From: Candidatus Eiseniibacteriota bacterium
GTDB taxonomy: Bacteria; Eisenbacteria; RBG-16-71-46; CAVPCR01
Direction: 5' to 3'
Length of the DNA: 64,000 nt
Assembly: GCA_963702435.1 (NCBI GenBank)
Contig: CAVPCR010000004.1
Span: forward strand, 128,001 to 192,000
A program made the position numbers and the translations under genes. Each line of letters opens with the position of its first letter. Positions within the stretch are counted from its first letter, which is position 1. The notes under the pieces were generated by a model. That model made no database searches. It saw nothing but the letters and a program-made list of their open reading frames with translations, and was not told where the DNA came from. Of the stretch, positions 9,293 to 18,407 are shown piece by piece.

Positions 9293-10699
9293 TCACCTCG
9301 CGCCGCGGGTATCGCCGCGGGCATCGTTCCGGGTGTGGGTGCGATAATCCGCCCGGGTCCCGTCCCGGGCATCGCCCGTCCGGCGGTCGACCGGTCGTAC
9401 CGGCCGGCCCTCGAGGACCGAGTCGATGCCGTCGGTGAGACCGCGCCGGTAGACGAGGAGGGCTTCGCGGACCGCCTCGACCGTGCGGTCGATGTCGGAG
9501 TCCGAGTGGGAGTAGCTGACGACGAACGAGGGGCCGAGCACGCCGCGCTTGATGAGCTCTTGCATGAACAGGGTGCGGAACGCCTGCGACGGCTTCCGCT
9601 CCGCATCGCGGGTGACGTAGATGAGATTGCAGGGCCGGCCCGCGACCTGCACGTACTCGGAGAGGCCGAGATCCGCCGCCGCCGCCTCGCACCCGTGCCG
9701 GAGCCGGGTGCCCTGCCGGTGGAGCGCTGCGATGACCGGCTCCTGCTCGTAGACCTCGATGGTGGCGATGGCGGCGGCGAGCGCATGGGTCTCGGCGCCG
9801 TGCGTGGTCGAGAGGAGGAAGACGCGGTCGCGGTCGTGCGCGAAACCGCCGAGCTCCATCACCTCGCGCCTGCCGACCAGGGCGGAGAGCGCGAAGCCGT
9901 TGGCGAGGGCCTTGCCGAAGGCGGAGAGATCGGGCTCGACGCCGTAGACCGCCTGCGCGCCGCCCAGGTGCCAGCGGAAGCCGGTGATCATCTCGTCGAG
10001 GACGAAGAGGGCGCCGTTCGCGTGCGCGAGCTCGCACGCGGCACGGAGGAATCCGTCGCGGGGCGGCGTCTCGCGCTCCGGCTCGAGGAGGACGCAGGCG
10101 ACCCGGCCCGGGTACCGCGCGAACACGGCGCGCAGGCTCTGGAGGTCGTTGTAGCGGAAGGTGGCAGTGAGGCTCCGGTGGGGTTCCGGGATGCCGGCCG
10201 CCATCTGCCACGAGCCGATGAACCAGTCGTTGTAGGAAAAGAAGGGATGATCCGCGCAGTAGGCCACGATGTCGCGTCCCGTATAGGCGCGGGCCAATCG
10301 GGTCGCCGCGGTGACGACCGTCGACCCGTCCTTGGCGAACTTGACCTGGTCGCCGCCGGGGAGCACGCCGAGGAGCTTCTCCGCGCACTCGACCTCGATC
10401 GGGGCGGGGCGCGTGAAGTTGCTTCCGAGCTCCATCTGCCGGGCCGCGGCGCGCACGACCGGCGGGTAGGCGTGGCCGAGCGCCACCGCCCGGAGCCCCA
10501 TGCCGTACTCGATGTACTCGTTGCCGTCCGCATCCCACACGTGCGAGCCCCGGCCGCGCACGATGAAACCGGGGGCGCTCTCGGGATACTGGTCGTCGCC
10601 CTTGGCATAGGTGTGGCAGCCGCCGGGAATCAGCGCATGTGCGAGCCGGCGCAGGTCGCGGGACGGTTCGGGGACCCGGGGCGAGGCGAGGTGGGTCAT
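9293..10699 (-). CDS. Class III PLP aminotransferase (GSA-aminomutase-like, sugar-cluster type)
   Basis: PGGCHTYAKGDDQ, WDADGNEYIEYGMG, LDEMITGFR, FGKALANG (PLP Lys). Located in the glycan operon. Confidence 0.9.
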   Translation of the reverse strand: MTHLASPRVPEPSRDLRRLAHALIPGGCHTYAKGDDQYPESAPGFIVRGRGSHVWDADGNEYIEYGMGLRAVALGHAYPPVVRAAARQMELGSNFTRPAPIEVECAEKLLGVLPGGDQVKFAKDGSTVVTAATRLARAYTGRDIVAYCADHPFFSYNDWFIGSWQMAAGIPEPHRSLTATFRYNDLQSLRAVFARYPGRVACVLLEPERETPPRDGFLRAACELAHANGALFVLDEMITGFRWHLGGAQAVYGVEPDLSAFGKALANGFALSALVGRREVMELGGFAHDRDRVFLLSTTHGAETHALAAAIATIEVYEQEPVIAALHRQGTRLRHGCEAAAADLGLSEYVQVAGRPCNLIYVTRDAERKPSQAFRTLFMQELIKRGVLGPSFVVSYSHSDSDIDRTVEAVREALLVYRRGLTDGIDSVLEGRPVRPVDRRTGDARDGTRADYRTHTRNDARGDTRGAR

Positions 10700-11361
10700 G
10701 GGCGATCCCCCAGGAAGCGGAGCTTCCGGCAGTGAAAGGCCTCGGCCAGACCGCTCGGTGCGTTGCACTCCATGCCGCGGAGCCGGAGCAAGGCCAGGAA
10801 CAGATCGGCGGTGAACCACGTCTTGGCCGCCTGCGACGGATAGGCGGCGAGGAGGGCATCCACCTTGCGCCGGACGGTGGCCGCCGCGAGCGGGGCGAAG
10901 GCGTTCGGATGCCCGAGATCGCCGTCGTACTTCGGCACCTCGTACTCGAGAATCAGGTGATCGCGGAACGTGTTCCAGGTGAGCTCGCTCACGAGCCGAT
11001 GGTCCTGATGCAGATCGTGGCGGTGGTGCGTGAAGATCAGGTCCGGTCGCACCCGGTCCTTGAGCCTCTCGAACTCCTCCTTGATCTGCGGCCCGAGGTA
11101 GGGCAGGAACCCGTCGCGATGCGCCCGGATCTCGAGCTCCGCGACCTCTGCCGCACCCAGGAACACGGCAGCCGAGCGCTCGATCTCGCGCGCCCGTTCC
11201 GGATCCGACGACAGGACGAACCAGGTGACTCGCGCCGGTCGCTCCGCGGTCAGCTCGAGGAGCGTGCCGCCGCAACCGATCTCGATGTCGTCGCCGTGGG
11301 CGCCGACGCAGAGGATCGAGAGGGGGGTCGCCGCGGGAGCCGGCAGGTGCAAGGTCAGCAT
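10696..11361 (-). CDS. PIG-L/LmbE family deacetylase
   Basis: GAHGDDIEIGCGG and DLHQDH metal-binding motifs. Confidence 0.9.
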   Translation of the reverse strand: MLTLHLPAPAATPLSILCVGAHGDDIEIGCGGTLLELTAERPARVTWFVLSSDPERAREIERSAAVFLGAAEVAELEIRAHRDGFLPYLGPQIKEEFERLKDRVRPDLIFTHHRHDLHQDHRLVSELTWNTFRDHLILEYEVPKYDGDLGHPNAFAPLAAATVRRKVDALLAAYPSQAAKTWFTADLFLALLRLRGMECNAPSGLAEAFHCRKLRFLGDRP

Positions 11362-11366
11362 GGTCG

Positions 11367-12560
11367 TCAGGAGCAGGTGAGCTCGGGATAGAGGTTGGCG
11401 ACTCCGCGCACGTCCACGTCGGAATGCACGACGAAGCTCCGCGCCATCCGCCGCTGATCGACGGTCCGGTGGATGTCGGGCCGAAGGAGAGCGACGTTCA
11501 GGTAGTAGGAGCCGGGAGCGAGGTGCATGGCGAGCGCGAAGGTGAGCGTCTTCGGCTGGCCGGGGGCGAGGATCAGCGGACCGCCGGCCAGGTGCGTCGA
11601 GTCGACCTGGAAGAAGAGGTTGTCGTTCTCGTCGCGGAGCGAGAGGGCGACCGCCAGCGGATCGCCGGTATCCGCCGAGACCGTGACGTCGACGAACCCT
11701 CTCTCCCCCGGCCGGAACAGGCTGACCTCGCCGTGCGCGCCGCGCAGGACCACGCGGTCGATGCGCGCCTCCTTGGCCTCCGCGCAGGGCACGAGGGCCT
11801 CGGCAGCTGCGCGCCGGACGTAGCGATCCACCACCTCGCCGGGCCGGCCCGTCGCCTGCACGTGACCTTCTTCGAGATAGATGGCGCGGTCGCACAGCTC
11901 GACCACGGCCTTCAGGTTGTGCGAGACGAAGATGACGGTGGCGCCGCTCTCGAGGATGCTCTTCATCTTGGCCATCGACTTCTGCTGGAAGCTCCAGTCG
12001 CCGACGCTGAGCACCTCGTCCACGACCAGGACGTCGGGCTCGACATGGCAGGCGATCGAGAACCCGAGGCGGGCGTACATGCCGGAGGAGTAACGCTTGA
12101 CGGGAGTGTCGATGAACTTGCGGAGCCCGGAGAACTCGACGATGTCGTCGAGGCGGGCCCTGGTCTGCTTCCGGCTCATGCCGAGGATCGCCCCGTTCAG
12201 GAGGATGTTCTCCCGGCCGGTCAGGTCGGGATGGAATCCGGCGCCGACCTCGATCAGTGCGGAGAGCGACCCGCGCACGGTGCGGGTGCCGGACGTCGGA
12301 TGCATGATGCCGACCAGGATCTTGAGCACGGTGCTCTTGCCGGCGCCGTTGGGCCCGATGATCCCGAGCGCCTCCCCCTTCTCCACGCCGAAAGAGACAT
12401 CCTCGAGGGCCCAGAACTCCCGGGCGCGGAGCGCCGGGCCCGGCGCGCGGCGGAGGAACGAGCCCGCGAGCGCGGGCAGGAGGTCGCGCAGCGAATCGTG
12501 CAGCTCCCCGCGGCGGAACTTCTTCGACACGTGCATGAATTCGAGGATGTGGTCAGCCAT
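11367..12560 (-). CDS. wzt: Polysaccharide ABC exporter ATPase with Wzt C-terminal domain
   Basis: FWALEDVSF, GPNGAGKST, GAGFHPDLTGREN, YSSGMYARL, DEVLSVGD, plus a C-terminal Ig-like extension. Confidence 0.92.
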   Translation of the reverse strand: MADHILEFMHVSKKFRRGELHDSLRDLLPALAGSFLRRAPGPALRAREFWALEDVSFGVEKGEALGIIGPNGAGKSTVLKILVGIMHPTSGTRTVRGSLSALIEVGAGFHPDLTGRENILLNGAILGMSRKQTRARLDDIVEFSGLRKFIDTPVKRYSSGMYARLGFSIACHVEPDVLVVDEVLSVGDWSFQQKSMAKMKSILESGATVIFVSHNLKAVVELCDRAIYLEEGHVQATGRPGEVVDRYVRRAAAEALVPCAEAKEARIDRVVLRGAHGEVSLFRPGERGFVDVTVSADTGDPLAVALSLRDENDNLFFQVDSTHLAGGPLILAPGQPKTLTFALAMHLAPGSYYLNVALLRPDIHRTVDQRRMARSFVVHSDVDVRGVANLYPELTCS

Positions 12561-12571
12561 GGTCCGCTTTC

Positions 12572-13357
12572 TCAGATGGACTCGGCGAACAGCGGTTCCA
12601 CGCGCGTGAAGGAGGTGACGGCGACGACCAGGAGGACGGCGGCCAGCCCACCGCTGTAGGCGGTCCACAGGGGGTCGGGGGCCTGGTGCAGGACCACGCA
12701 AGCGCGCAGCCCCTCGAGGATCGGGGCGACCGGATTCAGGTGGAGGTACTGGGCGCGGGAGCCGAACATCTCCGCCTCGTAGAGGACCGGCGTGAAGAAG
12801 ATGGCGAAGGTGAGGAGGACCTCGACCACGTACTTTACGTCCCGGAAGAAGAGGTTGGCGGCGGCGAGGAGGATCCCGAGACCGAGGGCCAGCGCGACCA
12901 GGATCGCGACGAGGAGCGGGACCCACAAGAGCTCGGCGCTCGCGCCGACGCCGAGGACCGCGAGCAGGACGGCGAGCACCGCGGACGCGATCAGGAAGTC
13001 GAAGAACTGCGAGGCGACCGCGGCCACCGGGAAGATGAGCCGCGGGAAGTAGATCTTGGTGACCAGATTGTGGTTGGCGATGAGCGCCACCGACGAGAAG
13101 CGGATGCTCGCGACGAAGAACGCCCACGGCAGCGACTTGACCGCGATGGCGAGGAGCGCCTCGCGGTGGAGCGGGGCGGCGGCGAAGTGCGAGAAGGCGA
13201 GCCGGATGACGACGCCGGCGGCGACGATGACCATGGGCATGAAGATGGCCCACAGGAAGCCCATCACCGACTGCTTGTACTTGATGTGGATGTCACGCCA
13301 CGTGATCATGAGCAGCAGATCGCGATGGCGGTGCATCGAGCGGAGTGCCGTCCACAT
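12572..13357 (-). CDS. wzm: Polysaccharide ABC exporter permease
   Basis: RDIHIKYKQSVMGFLW, LVTKIYFPR, FRDVKY, TPVLY, LNPV; several TM helices. Confidence 0.92.
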   Translation of the reverse strand: MWTALRSMHRHRDLLLMITWRDIHIKYKQSVMGFLWAIFMPMVIVAAGVVIRLAFSHFAAAPLHREALLAIAVKSLPWAFFVASIRFSSVALIANHNLVTKIYFPRLIFPVAAVASQFFDFLIASAVLAVLLAVLGVGASAELLWVPLLVAILVALALGLGILLAAANLFFRDVKYVVEVLLTFAIFFTPVLYEAEMFGSRAQYLHLNPVAPILEGLRACVVLHQAPDPLWTAYSGGLAAVLLVVAVTSFTRVEPLFAESI

Positions 13358-14447
13358 CGTGGTGTCCTCGCGTGAATGGGGAGGGAGCCGGGAGCCCGGC
13401 GGCGCCCGCGGCCCTCGCGCCCGGATGGGCGGCGGCCGGCATGGGCCGGGGCCCGCCGCACGCGGCGCGGGCCAGGCGGCCGAGATGCGGCCACGGATTG
13501 GCGATCGTCGAGAGCGCGGTGCGGGCCGCGGCGCGGGCGACAGCGCCGCGGCGGATCCGGTAGCCGCTCGTGGCGAGCGCGCTCCGGTGGTAGTGCCAGA
13601 AGGCGGCGCCGGCGCCCTGGACGGCGCGCTCCCCCAGGAACCGGTAGTAGGCGGTCTCGACCTGCCGCCGGCAGGCGGCGCACTCCTCCGGGTCGAGGTA
13701 GCGAGGTCCGAACTTGAGGGTGACGATGAGCCGGTCGAGGAGATGGTGCGGATCGTGGACCTTGCGGGCGGCGGTCATCGATTCCTGCTGCCGCCGCGTG
13801 AAGGTGAGCACCTGGTGCACGAATCCGAGATCGTGCTCGAGCAGGATCTCGTAGCAGGCCTCGGTGTCCTCGTGCAGGCTCTGCTCGTTGAAGAACGGCC
13901 GGCGCCGCCGCACGATATCGCTGCGATAGAGCAGCGTGTTGGGCGACCCGAAGACGAAGATGTCCGCGCACAGCGTTGCCCGGCCGATGTCACGCCCGCG
14001 GAAGAGAGTGCGCCCGGGCGGCAGCCCGGCGCAGTTCAGGCGGCGATCATCCAGGCGATAGGCGCTGACGATGCCCGCGGAGGGATGCCCCTCGGCCACG
14101 CGCACCATCTCCTCGAGGCAGCGCGGGAACATCCAGTCATCGGCCAGCACCATCTTCGCGTACCTGCTGCGGGGCGAGATGAGCGCGAGCGCCGCGTTCA
14201 GATTGTCGGTCTGGGCGCGGAACGCGCTGTTGGTCACGACCGAGATCCGGCGGTCGCGGGCGGCATAGGAGCGCGCGATCTCGAGCGAGCGATCGGTGCT
14301 CCGATTGTCGAGGATCGTGTAGTCCCAGTTGTCGTAGGTCTGGGCGAGCACGCTCTCGATGCACTCGGCGAGGTAGGGCTCTCCGTTGTAGACCGGAGTG
14401 ACCACGCTGACGAGGGGGGCGGCAGCAAGCCGCAGGGGCCCGATCAT
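13293..14447 (-). CDS. Glycosyltransferase family 2
   Basis: VSVVTPVYNGEPYLAECIESVLAQ, DNRSTDRS, ADD. A low-complexity tail overlaps wzm by 65 nt. Confidence 0.88.
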   Translation of the reverse strand: MIGPLRLAAAPLVSVVTPVYNGEPYLAECIESVLAQTYDNWDYTILDNRSTDRSLEIARSYAARDRRISVVTNSAFRAQTDNLNAALALISPRSRYAKMVLADDWMFPRCLEEMVRVAEGHPSAGIVSAYRLDDRRLNCAGLPPGRTLFRGRDIGRATLCADIFVFGSPNTLLYRSDIVRRRRPFFNEQSLHEDTEACYEILLEHDLGFVHQVLTFTRRQQESMTAARKVHDPHHLLDRLIVTLKFGPRYLDPEECAACRRQVETAYYRFLGERAVQGAGAAFWHYHRSALATSGYRIRRGAVARAAARTALSTIANPWPHLGRLARAACGGPRPMPAAAHPGARAAGAAGLPAPSPFTRGHHDVDGTPLDAPPSRSAAHDHVA

Positions 14448-14743
14448 GCGCCGGCCGCCCCGTGGGCGAGCGGTCGCTCGCCGGGTCGATGGGTCGTCGC
14501 CATTCCTCTCTCGCCTGCCTTCCGGTGTGCGGTACTCGTCTGCCGCCGCCTGGCGGGGTCACCACGCAGGTTATCGGCCGGTCCGCGGGCGGAAGTCAGC
14601 GGCGCGACTGGGGTTCAGGGGGGCGAGGCGGAGCGGCGATGGATGCCGGATCTCGGCGCTGGCTCAGGGTGGAGCAGCCACCGGCGGCCGGGCTCGGCCC
14701 GGGCCGGGGCCGGCCCCGGAGCGGCGCGCGGGCCCGGCCGGGC

Positions 14744-15553
14744 TCAGGCAGCCCGGCGTGTGCCGGCGAGAAGCGCCTGGTGATGGCGCGTCTTGATGAA
14801 GGTGGCGGCGCAGTGCTCCGCGAAGGACTCGAGCATCCGCACGTGGACCGGCGTGAAGTCCTCGCCGCCGGCGGTCCGGCAGACGTTGACCACCCCTATC
14901 GTCGTGTCCCGGAAGCGCATGGGGACGATCAGGCTCGAGGAGATGTTGCGGCCCGGCTTGATCTGGTTCGGGAAGCGGGCCTGCATGACGGCCGGAGTCA
15001 GGAGGAGGGACTCGCCCGAGGTGAAGACACGGCCCGCGATGCCGTCGCCGGGCTGCGCGGTCGAGCCGGCCACCAGGTTCGCATCGATGCCGGACACCGC
15101 CTTCACCTCGAGGAGCCCCGTCTCCTCGTTGTGCAGCATGATCGAGGACTGGTGCGCTTCGAAACAGGAGAGGAGGCGCTGGCAGGCGAGCTCGAGCATG
15201 CTCTGCATGTCGAGCCGGAGCTGGAGCTGCGTACTCGTGTCGAAGAGGAAGGAGAGCTCGCCCAGACGGGCCTTGAGCGACGCCTCGCGGACCGCCATCT
15301 CCTGGCAGCGGGCCTGCACCCGGCAGAGCTCGCGGTGCTTGTTCGTCGCATAGAGGACGAAGAGGAGGACGAGCCCCGAGAGTCCGATGAGGGTGGGCCA
15401 GCGCCGGGCCAGCATCTCGCGCCGCACCGCGCCGTCGGCGGTCGTCCAGCTCGAGAGGACGAGGGCGGCGCAGAGCGAGGCGACCAGGAGGAGACCGAGG
15501 TTCAGGAGCGAGCCGCGCTGGCGTTCGATCGAGGTGGTCTTCAGACCGGCCAT
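14744..15553 (-). CDS. Membrane-anchored GAF-domain protein without an output domain
   Basis: Two TM segments, a coiled coil, then GAF motifs (SSIMLHNEE, GDGIAGRVF, SSLIVPM, IGVVNV, FTPVHVRML). Confidence 0.8.
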   Translation of the reverse strand: MAGLKTTSIERQRGSLLNLGLLLVASLCAALVLSSWTTADGAVRREMLARRWPTLIGLSGLVLLFVLYATNKHRELCRVQARCQEMAVREASLKARLGELSFLFDTSTQLQLRLDMQSMLELACQRLLSCFEAHQSSIMLHNEETGLLEVKAVSGIDANLVAGSTAQPGDGIAGRVFTSGESLLLTPAVMQARFPNQIKPGRNISSSLIVPMRFRDTTIGVVNVCRTAGGEDFTPVHVRMLESFAEHCAATFIKTRHHQALLAGTRRAA

Positions 15554-15639
15554 GGAATCTCCGGCGGAGGAGACGGCGAACCGGAGCCGGCGCGGTGCGC
15601 GCGGGCTCGTCGCCGTATCTATCGGCAGCCGGCGGTGCT

Positions 15640-15703
15640 GCCGCCAGGACAACGCGGGGCCGCCGCCAGGACGGCGCGGGGCGCCGCCAGGACAGCGCGG
15701 GGC
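15640..15703. repeat. Three tandem 21-bp direct repeats, consensus GCCGCCAGGACRRCGCGGGGC
   Basis: Units at 15640-15660, 15662-15682 and 15683-15703, intergenic and upstream of the GAF gene. Confidence 0.85.
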
Positions 15704-15767
15704 CGTGTGCACCAGATCGGGGCAGGTGCCTCCGACCGGGACGGCAGCGGCAGGTTTCGGGTCTAGA

Positions 15768-16229
15768 CTAGGCGGGCCCGGCCGCCGCAATGCGCGACAG
15801 CACGTAATCCGCCGTCCTGAGCGGCAGCTTGACCCGGACGGAGGTGTCTCCGTCATCCACCTCGACGAGGAGATTCCCGCCCCGCTTGCGCACGTTCACG
15901 CGCTCGCCGCAGTTCTCGACGCTCACGAGCGTGAAGTCGGGAGAGCGCCTGAGCTCGGCCAGCGCCGCGTGCACGATCGGCGCGGCGCGCTCGATCTCGG
16001 AGCCGGCATCGCGCAGGACGTCGGCGGGGATGAGCGGCAGCACGAGGAGCGCCAGCGCGCCGGGGCAGGAGAGCGCAAGGTCGCAGTCGTTCGTCGCCTC
16101 CTTCACACGCACGGTCAGCATGCCGAAGCTCACGACCGTATAGGTGAGCCAGCCCCAGGCGACGAGGAAGGCGAGGGCGAGGCTCGCGATGGCGATGTGG
16201 CGTGGTCTGCGCAGGTCTACGCGTGGCAT
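15768..16229 (-). CDS. Hypothetical membrane-anchored protein, paralogous to the neighbouring gene
   Basis: N-terminal TM helix. GNLLVEVDDGDTSVRVKLPL matches RNLLLHVDDEDTRVRIRIPL in 16277-16918. Confidence 0.7.
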   Translation of the reverse strand: MPRVDLRRPRHIAIASLALAFLVAWGWLTYTVVSFGMLTVRVKEATNDCDLALSCPGALALLVLPLIPADVLRDAGSEIERAAPIVHAALAELRRSPDFTLVSVENCGERVNVRKRGGNLLVEVDDGDTSVRVKLPLRTADYVLSRIAAAGPA

Positions 16230-16276
16230 GGTGTACCTCACGATGCGCCGATCCGACCGGGTGGCCGTCCGGCCGG

Positions 16277-16918
16277 CTAGTCGGGCCCGGGGTTCGCGTC
16301 GAGCCAGATCCGCACCAGGTCCCGGCCGTCGGCGACGGAGACGATCTCGCCCGGGCCCTCCGCCGCAAGCGTGCTGATCGTGGCGGCGAGATCGATCTCG
16401 CCGTGCCCGGCGGCCTCGGCCGCGAGCAAGGCGTCCACGAGATCGAGCGGGATGCGGATCCGCACCCGGGTGTCCTCGTCGTCCACGTGGAGCAGGAGGT
16501 TCCTGCCGGAGCGGGCGGCGAGCGCCGTTTCGTCGTCGATGGCGACGCGCACGAACTCGCCCTCCGGGGCGGCGGCGATCGCGGCGCGCATCGCGCGGAT
16601 CTGGGCGAGGTCGCTCTCCCCGCCATCGCCCTGGTGATCGAGGCGGATCTTGCCGCCCGAGATCTCCTCCTCGTTGATGAGCGGCAGGATCGCCTGGGCC
16701 AGGCTGAGCGGCACGGTCACGCGGACGCGGGATCCGTCGGGCCCCCCCTCGTCCACCGCCACATGGAGCCAGAGATCGCGGCCCGGGGCGGCAGTGGCGG
16801 GGAGCGCTCCGGGAAGCGCCCCGGTCAGCGCTCCGGCGAGGAGAAGGCCGCCGGCAGCGAGTGCCGCCGGTCGGCGCAGGTGGCGCCCGGCCGGAGCGGG
16901 TGAATTCGGGAGGGCCAT
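16277..16918 (-). CDS. Hypothetical secreted protein with an internal duplication
   Basis: Signal peptide; two RVRxxxPLxL repeats; GAGGTG RBS upstream. Confidence 0.75.
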   Translation of the reverse strand: MALPNSPAPAGRHLRRPAALAAGGLLLAGALTGALPGALPATAAPGRDLWLHVAVDEGGPDGSRVRVTVPLSLAQAILPLINEEEISGGKIRLDHQGDGGESDLAQIRAMRAAIAAAPEGEFVRVAIDDETALAARSGRNLLLHVDDEDTRVRIRIPLDLVDALLAAEAAGHGEIDLAATISTLAAEGPGEIVSVADGRDLVRIWLDANPGPD

Positions 16919-17108
16919 GGTGATCGCACCTCGGGTGGGTCGGGCAAACGCGGCCGGCGGGCGCCGGGCGCGCGGCGCGGGCGCACCGGCCGGGGTCTCA
17001 GGGTCGTCCGGTTCTACGGGGGGAGACCGGCGCGGGTTGCAGGAGGGCGGGCAGCCGATCCGGGCAAGCGGCCCCGGGCGGGCCGGGGCGGTGCGCGAGG
17101 GGACGCGC

Positions 17109-18407
17109 TTAGCGCAGCCAGCTCTCGGGGTCGGCCGCGCTCGCTCCGTGCCGCACCTCGAAATGCAGCATGGGCCCCTTGAGCGATCCGGTGTCGCCGA
17201 CGTTTCCGATCGCGTCGCCGCCGGCGACCGTCTGGCCGGTCGTCACCGCGACATCGGCGAGATGGGCGTAGAGCGTGTAGTAGCTCTTGCCGTGATTCAG
17301 GATCACGCAGTTGCCGTAGCCGGTGAGCCAGTCGCAATAGTCCACCATGCCGTCGGCGACGGCGCGCACGGGAGTGCCGGGCGCGGCCTGGATGTCGATG
17401 CCGTTGTTGCGGGTGGAGGTCCCGAACTTGGGATGCGTGTGCAGCCCGTAGCCCTCGAGGACCTTCCCGCGCACGGGCCACGGCAGCTTGCCGCGCGCGA
17501 GCGAGAAGGGGCCCGACGCCGGCACGAAGTCGGGCTCGGTGCGGCGCTGGGTCTCGAGGCGGCGGATCAGGGACTCGAGCCGCTCCTGGGCCACCTTGAG
17601 CTCCTTGGCCGCTGCCTCGTGGGCGGTGCGCTGCTTCCGGAGGCTCGTCACCTGTGACTCGCGCGTCTTCTTGATCTCGATGACGCGCGACTGCTCCTTC
17701 TGCTTCTCGGCCTCGATCTGCTGCACCTCGGCGAAGCTGCGCTCGGCCTCGGTCTTGTTCGCGACCAGCCGCGCGCGCGTGGTCGCGATCGAGCCCATGA
17801 GCTTCCGCTCCTCCTCGGCGAGGCGCCCCAGCAGGTAGATGCGGTCGGCCAGATCGGGCAGCGACTCCGATGAGAAGACGACCTCGACCAGGCTCGGCTG
17901 GCCGGCCTTGTACATCTCACGAACGCGGTGGGCGAGCCGTGCGTTGGCGCGCTCGAGGTCGCTCTCGCGGGAGCGCAGATCCAGCTCGAGAGCGCCGAGG
18001 CGGCGGTTGATCGCGTGCTCCTGATCCGCGAGCTTCCTGAGATAGGTCTTGGTCGAGCTCAGCTGGCGGTCGGCCGTATTGATCTCGGCGAGCACCTGCT
18101 TCTCCTTGCCGCGGAGCTTCTCGGCCTCGGCGCGCTCGTGATCGATCTGCCGTCTGAGCTCGAGGAGCTCCTTCCGGCGTGCCGCGATGTCCTCGGCGCT
18201 GCCGCCGGCGGTGTCGGCCGGGGCGGGGGCAGGCGCCGCCGGCCGGGCCGCCGGCTTCGGCGCCTTCGTCTGGCTCGCCTTCGTCTTCGCGGGGGGCTTC
18301 CCCTTCTGGGCGAGCGCGCGGTCGTCGGTCCCGGCGCTGAGAACCAGGGCGACCAGGGCAACGAGGGCGGCGAGGAGCGCCGGCCCCTGCCGGCGGCGTC
18401 GCCTCAT
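17109..18407 (-). CDS. envC: Murein hydrolase activator (coiled coil + M23 domain)
   Basis: Signal peptide, long coiled coil, LPWPVRG, NNGIDI, GYGNCVILNHG, LYAHL, LHFEVR; directly after ftsX. Confidence 0.88.
   Translation of the reverse strand: MRRRRRQGPALLAALVALVALVLSAGTDDRALAQKGKPPAKTKASQTKAPKPAARPAAPAPAPADTAGGSAEDIAARRKELLELRRQIDHERAEAEKLRGKEKQVLAEINTADRQLSSTKTYLRKLADQEHAINRRLGALELDLRSRESDLERANARLAHRVREMYKAGQPSLVEVVFSSESLPDLADRIYLLGRLAEEERKLMGSIATTRARLVANKTEAERSFAEVQQIEAEKQKEQSRVIEIKKTRESQVTSLRKQRTAHEAAAKELKVAQERLESLIRRLETQRRTEPDFVPASGPFSLARGKLPWPVRGKVLEGYGLHTHPKFGTSTRNNGIDIQAAPGTPVRAVADGMVDYCDWLTGYGNCVILNHGKSYYTLYAHLADVAVTTGQTVAGGDAIGNVGDTGSLKGPMLHFEVRHGASAADPESWLR

Noticed and set aside
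9293..10699. Calling the class III aminotransferase hemL
   Set aside because: Its position within a sugar operon, absence of hem genes and the HTYAKGDDQ-type N-terminus point to the polysaccharide-associated paralogue.
4237..13253. Apparent long N-terminal extensions or fusions in the ORF track for glycan operon genes
   Set aside because: The extensions overlap upstream genes in other frames. Internal ATGs with ATGA coupling define the real starts.
15640..15703. Direct repeats here, at 42282-42345, 62542-62670 and 62981-63030 considered as CRISPR arrays
   Set aside because: The repeats are contiguous with no unique spacers, and no cas genes are present.
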